In this document: one piece after another, positions 62,081-64,000 of the stretch
Layout: the number at the start of each line of letters is the position of its first letter
Position numbering within the stretch: position 1 is the stretch's first letter
Assembly (NCBI GenBank): GCA_013239625.1
Contig: MU053561.1
Coordinates: forward strand, 5,692,439 to 5,756,438
DNA: 64,000 bases
Source: Lama guanicoe
Lineage: Eukaryota
Direction of reading: 5' to 3'
Position numbers and translations under genes: made by a program
Notes under the pieces: model-generated
What the model was told of the DNA's origin: nothing
The model's input: the letters and a program-made list of their open reading frames with translations, nothing else
Databases searched by the model: none

Positions 62081-62430
62081 ATGCAGTTAAACTGAGGGTT
62101 CAAGCTAGGTGAGTTTCTAGTAATCAAGATTCTGTAATATTTCGTTACCTTGAATTGAGACAGTGGTGGGAAGGGATATTGAACTTGAGGTCAGAAAGCG
62201 TGGACTTGAATTCCAGCTCTGCTCATCCTCCCAACAGCCTTGCAAGGGAAGTGTAATTATCCCCCAATTATACACGGTGGATGGACTGAGGCTGCTCCCA
62301 TCCCCTCTCCAAAGAGACACATGCTGGACAGGTGGCTTCTGCTTGGCCTTTTTTTGCTGAGTGGGGCACACTCACTGAGGGTAGAGATGAACTGCTCCCA
62401 ACAACAGAGGGAGTTTTAAGAAGTTGTAAA

Positions 62431-62551
62431 TATATGTATGTATATGTATGACTGAAACATTGTGCTGTACACCAGAAATGGACATATTGTAAACTGACTA
62501 TACTTCAGTAATAAATAACTAAACAAATTAAAATTGAAAAATTGAAAAAAA
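62431..62551 (+). mobile_element. short L1 3' tail with TSD
   Basis: tatatgtatgactgaaacattgtgctgtacaccagaaatggacatattgtaaactgactatacttc; TSD aagaagttgtaaa/aagaagttataga. Confidence 0.85.
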
Positions 62552-63089
62552 AAGAAGTTATAGAGGTGAAAGGAGAGAGCAAGAAAATGATTGGCAGGGA
62601 AAGGAATTTGGGAGGGAAGGTGGGGAAGAAAGACGTCTGATGGAGAATTTGATTTAGTGTCTATTGTGTGCTGTGAGATCTGTGTCTTCTTCCCTATGTT
62701 CCCCCAAAGAATTCCAGCTAATGTGTCACAGAGTCAGATCTGGTTTGGAAGTTGGGAATCTGATGAGGAACAAAGACCACCCATGAGGAGCTCATCATCC
62801 CGGGGCTACAAGGGACCTGAAGCTCAGAGAGCTTGGGTGCCTTGCTCAGGGTTGCACAGCCTTTGGTTCAGAAGTCAGATCTGTCCCACTCCACATCTTT
62901 GTTCTTTCCTGTAACATATGGCTGATTCTTGTGGTGGACTCGCCAAACTATTTTAGGCCCAAGAGGTAGTACAGGTTGAAAATTTAAATATTCTAACATT
63001 ATTTGTATAAATGCCCTGGACAACAAGCAGTAATGACCTATTCATTGTAGTTTTCCTATGGCTAGAGCTTTGCAGTTTCTAGAAATGGT

Positions 63090-63230
63090 CTCCATTTACT
63101 GAGCATTTACTCAGTGCCAAACCCTTCCCTGTGCATTTTATGATCTAGTTTTCTGAGCAGGCCTGAGAGGCAGACATTTTTATTCCTGTTTTACAAATGC
63201 AGAAACATGAAAGAGCGGCTACATCAGGTT
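63090..63230 (-). mobile_element. MIR SINE
   Basis: ccatttactgagcatttactcagtgccaa..cctgagaggcagacattttattcctgttttacaaatgcagaaac. Confidence 0.65.
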
Positions 63231-63269
63231 GCCGTTGGAAAGAAGCAGACCAAGACCAAAACATCAAAA

Positions 63270-63470
63270 ATCATTTAATTTACTTTCTGAATAGATAGTG
63301 TATGCACATAGGACAATGTTCATCAAGAAAAGGCCAATGGTGAAAAATTAGAGCCTCTCTCTTCCCCATCCCCCAGAGACTGGGTCCCCTTCCCTGCCAC
63401 CCTCAAGTCGCCCATGTTGACCAGTTCTTGAGTGTCCTTCAAAGATATCCTCAGAATTTGCACATACAAT
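63270..63470 (-). mobile_element. old L1ME 3'-end fragment
   Basis: gaatagatagtgtatgcacataggacaat..aaaaggcc..tgttgaccagttcttgagtgtccttcaaagata. Confidence 0.5.
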
Positions 63471-63639
63471 CACAGGCGCCTCCCTCAGGGAGGAAGAGCA
63501 TTTGAAGTTAACCTGGGGAAACAGTGCTTCCCTCACCCTTCATTAAGCTTCAGGTTAAATCTTCAGAGCCCAGATGCCACATAGAGTGTGTTTTTATGTT
63601 TTGCTGGGAGTGACTAAAGGGATACTAAAAACAGAATGC

Positions 63640-63800
63640 AATCTAGGATGTGATGGGACAAAGCTCAAGTTCATGCCAAGAGCAGGTGCCTTCACCTCTT
63701 TGAACCATTTTCCCATCTGAAAACGGAGGCAAACATCCCCACCTCCAAGGGCTGCTGTGGGGATAATATCAGAAAATAAAGGTAAAACATCTGGCACGTC
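63640..63800 (+). mobile_element. MIR SINE
   Basis: cttcacctctttgaaccattttcccatctgaaaacggagg..agggctgctgtggggataa..tctggcac. Confidence 0.65.
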
Positions 63801-64000
63801 TGGTCTCCTTCCTTCCCCTCCTGAACAAGAGCCTGGAGTTCTCCTAGCGAGTCTTTAAGAATACAGAAAAGAGGGAACGCAAACTCCCCAAGTCTGCATG
63901 CTGTTTAGTGATCAGCTTTGACCTAATTCTACTTCACAGCGTTTCCTTCTCTTTCCTACCTCCCACTACCTCCCACCCAGCTGCCAAGTATAGAGAGAAC

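Noticed and set aside
1..64000. CRISPR array, operon, or novel retroelement/defence system
   Set aside because: Eukaryotic repeat-rich DNA; recurring sequences are dispersed L1, SINE and LTR copies, not regularly spaced repeats, and no novel coding module is visible

Overview
Mammalian, repeat-rich, non-coding DNA (intergenic or deep intronic), almost certainly from a camelid (camel/alpaca/llama): it carries four tRNA-Ala-derived Vic-1-type SINEs and camelid/cetartiodactyl-type L1 3' ends. I find no credible host protein-coding exon, RNA gene or CRISPR array. The only ORFs with recognisable homology are L1 ORF2 remnants and a hAT transposase C-terminal remnant. The window is a layered transposon record (MIR, L2, old L1M, MaLR/ERVL solo LTRs, hAT and Tigger elements, several L1 waves, SINEs) separated by islands of unique, motif-rich sequence that look like enhancers. 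Best-supported unusual structures: an L1 3' transduction that carried an ancient MIR into an LTR (56973-59067), a 132-bp TSD-flanked insertion made only of the L1 5'UTR/ORF1 start (52271-52432), three 5'-inverted (twin-primed) L1s, four ultra-short TSD-flanked L1 tails, a three-level LTR nest and a cluster of dyad elements near 37.2 kb. I see no evidence for a novel biological system. Repeat subfamily names come from recalled consensus sequences, and boundaries are approximate (tens of bp) unless TSDs are quoted.
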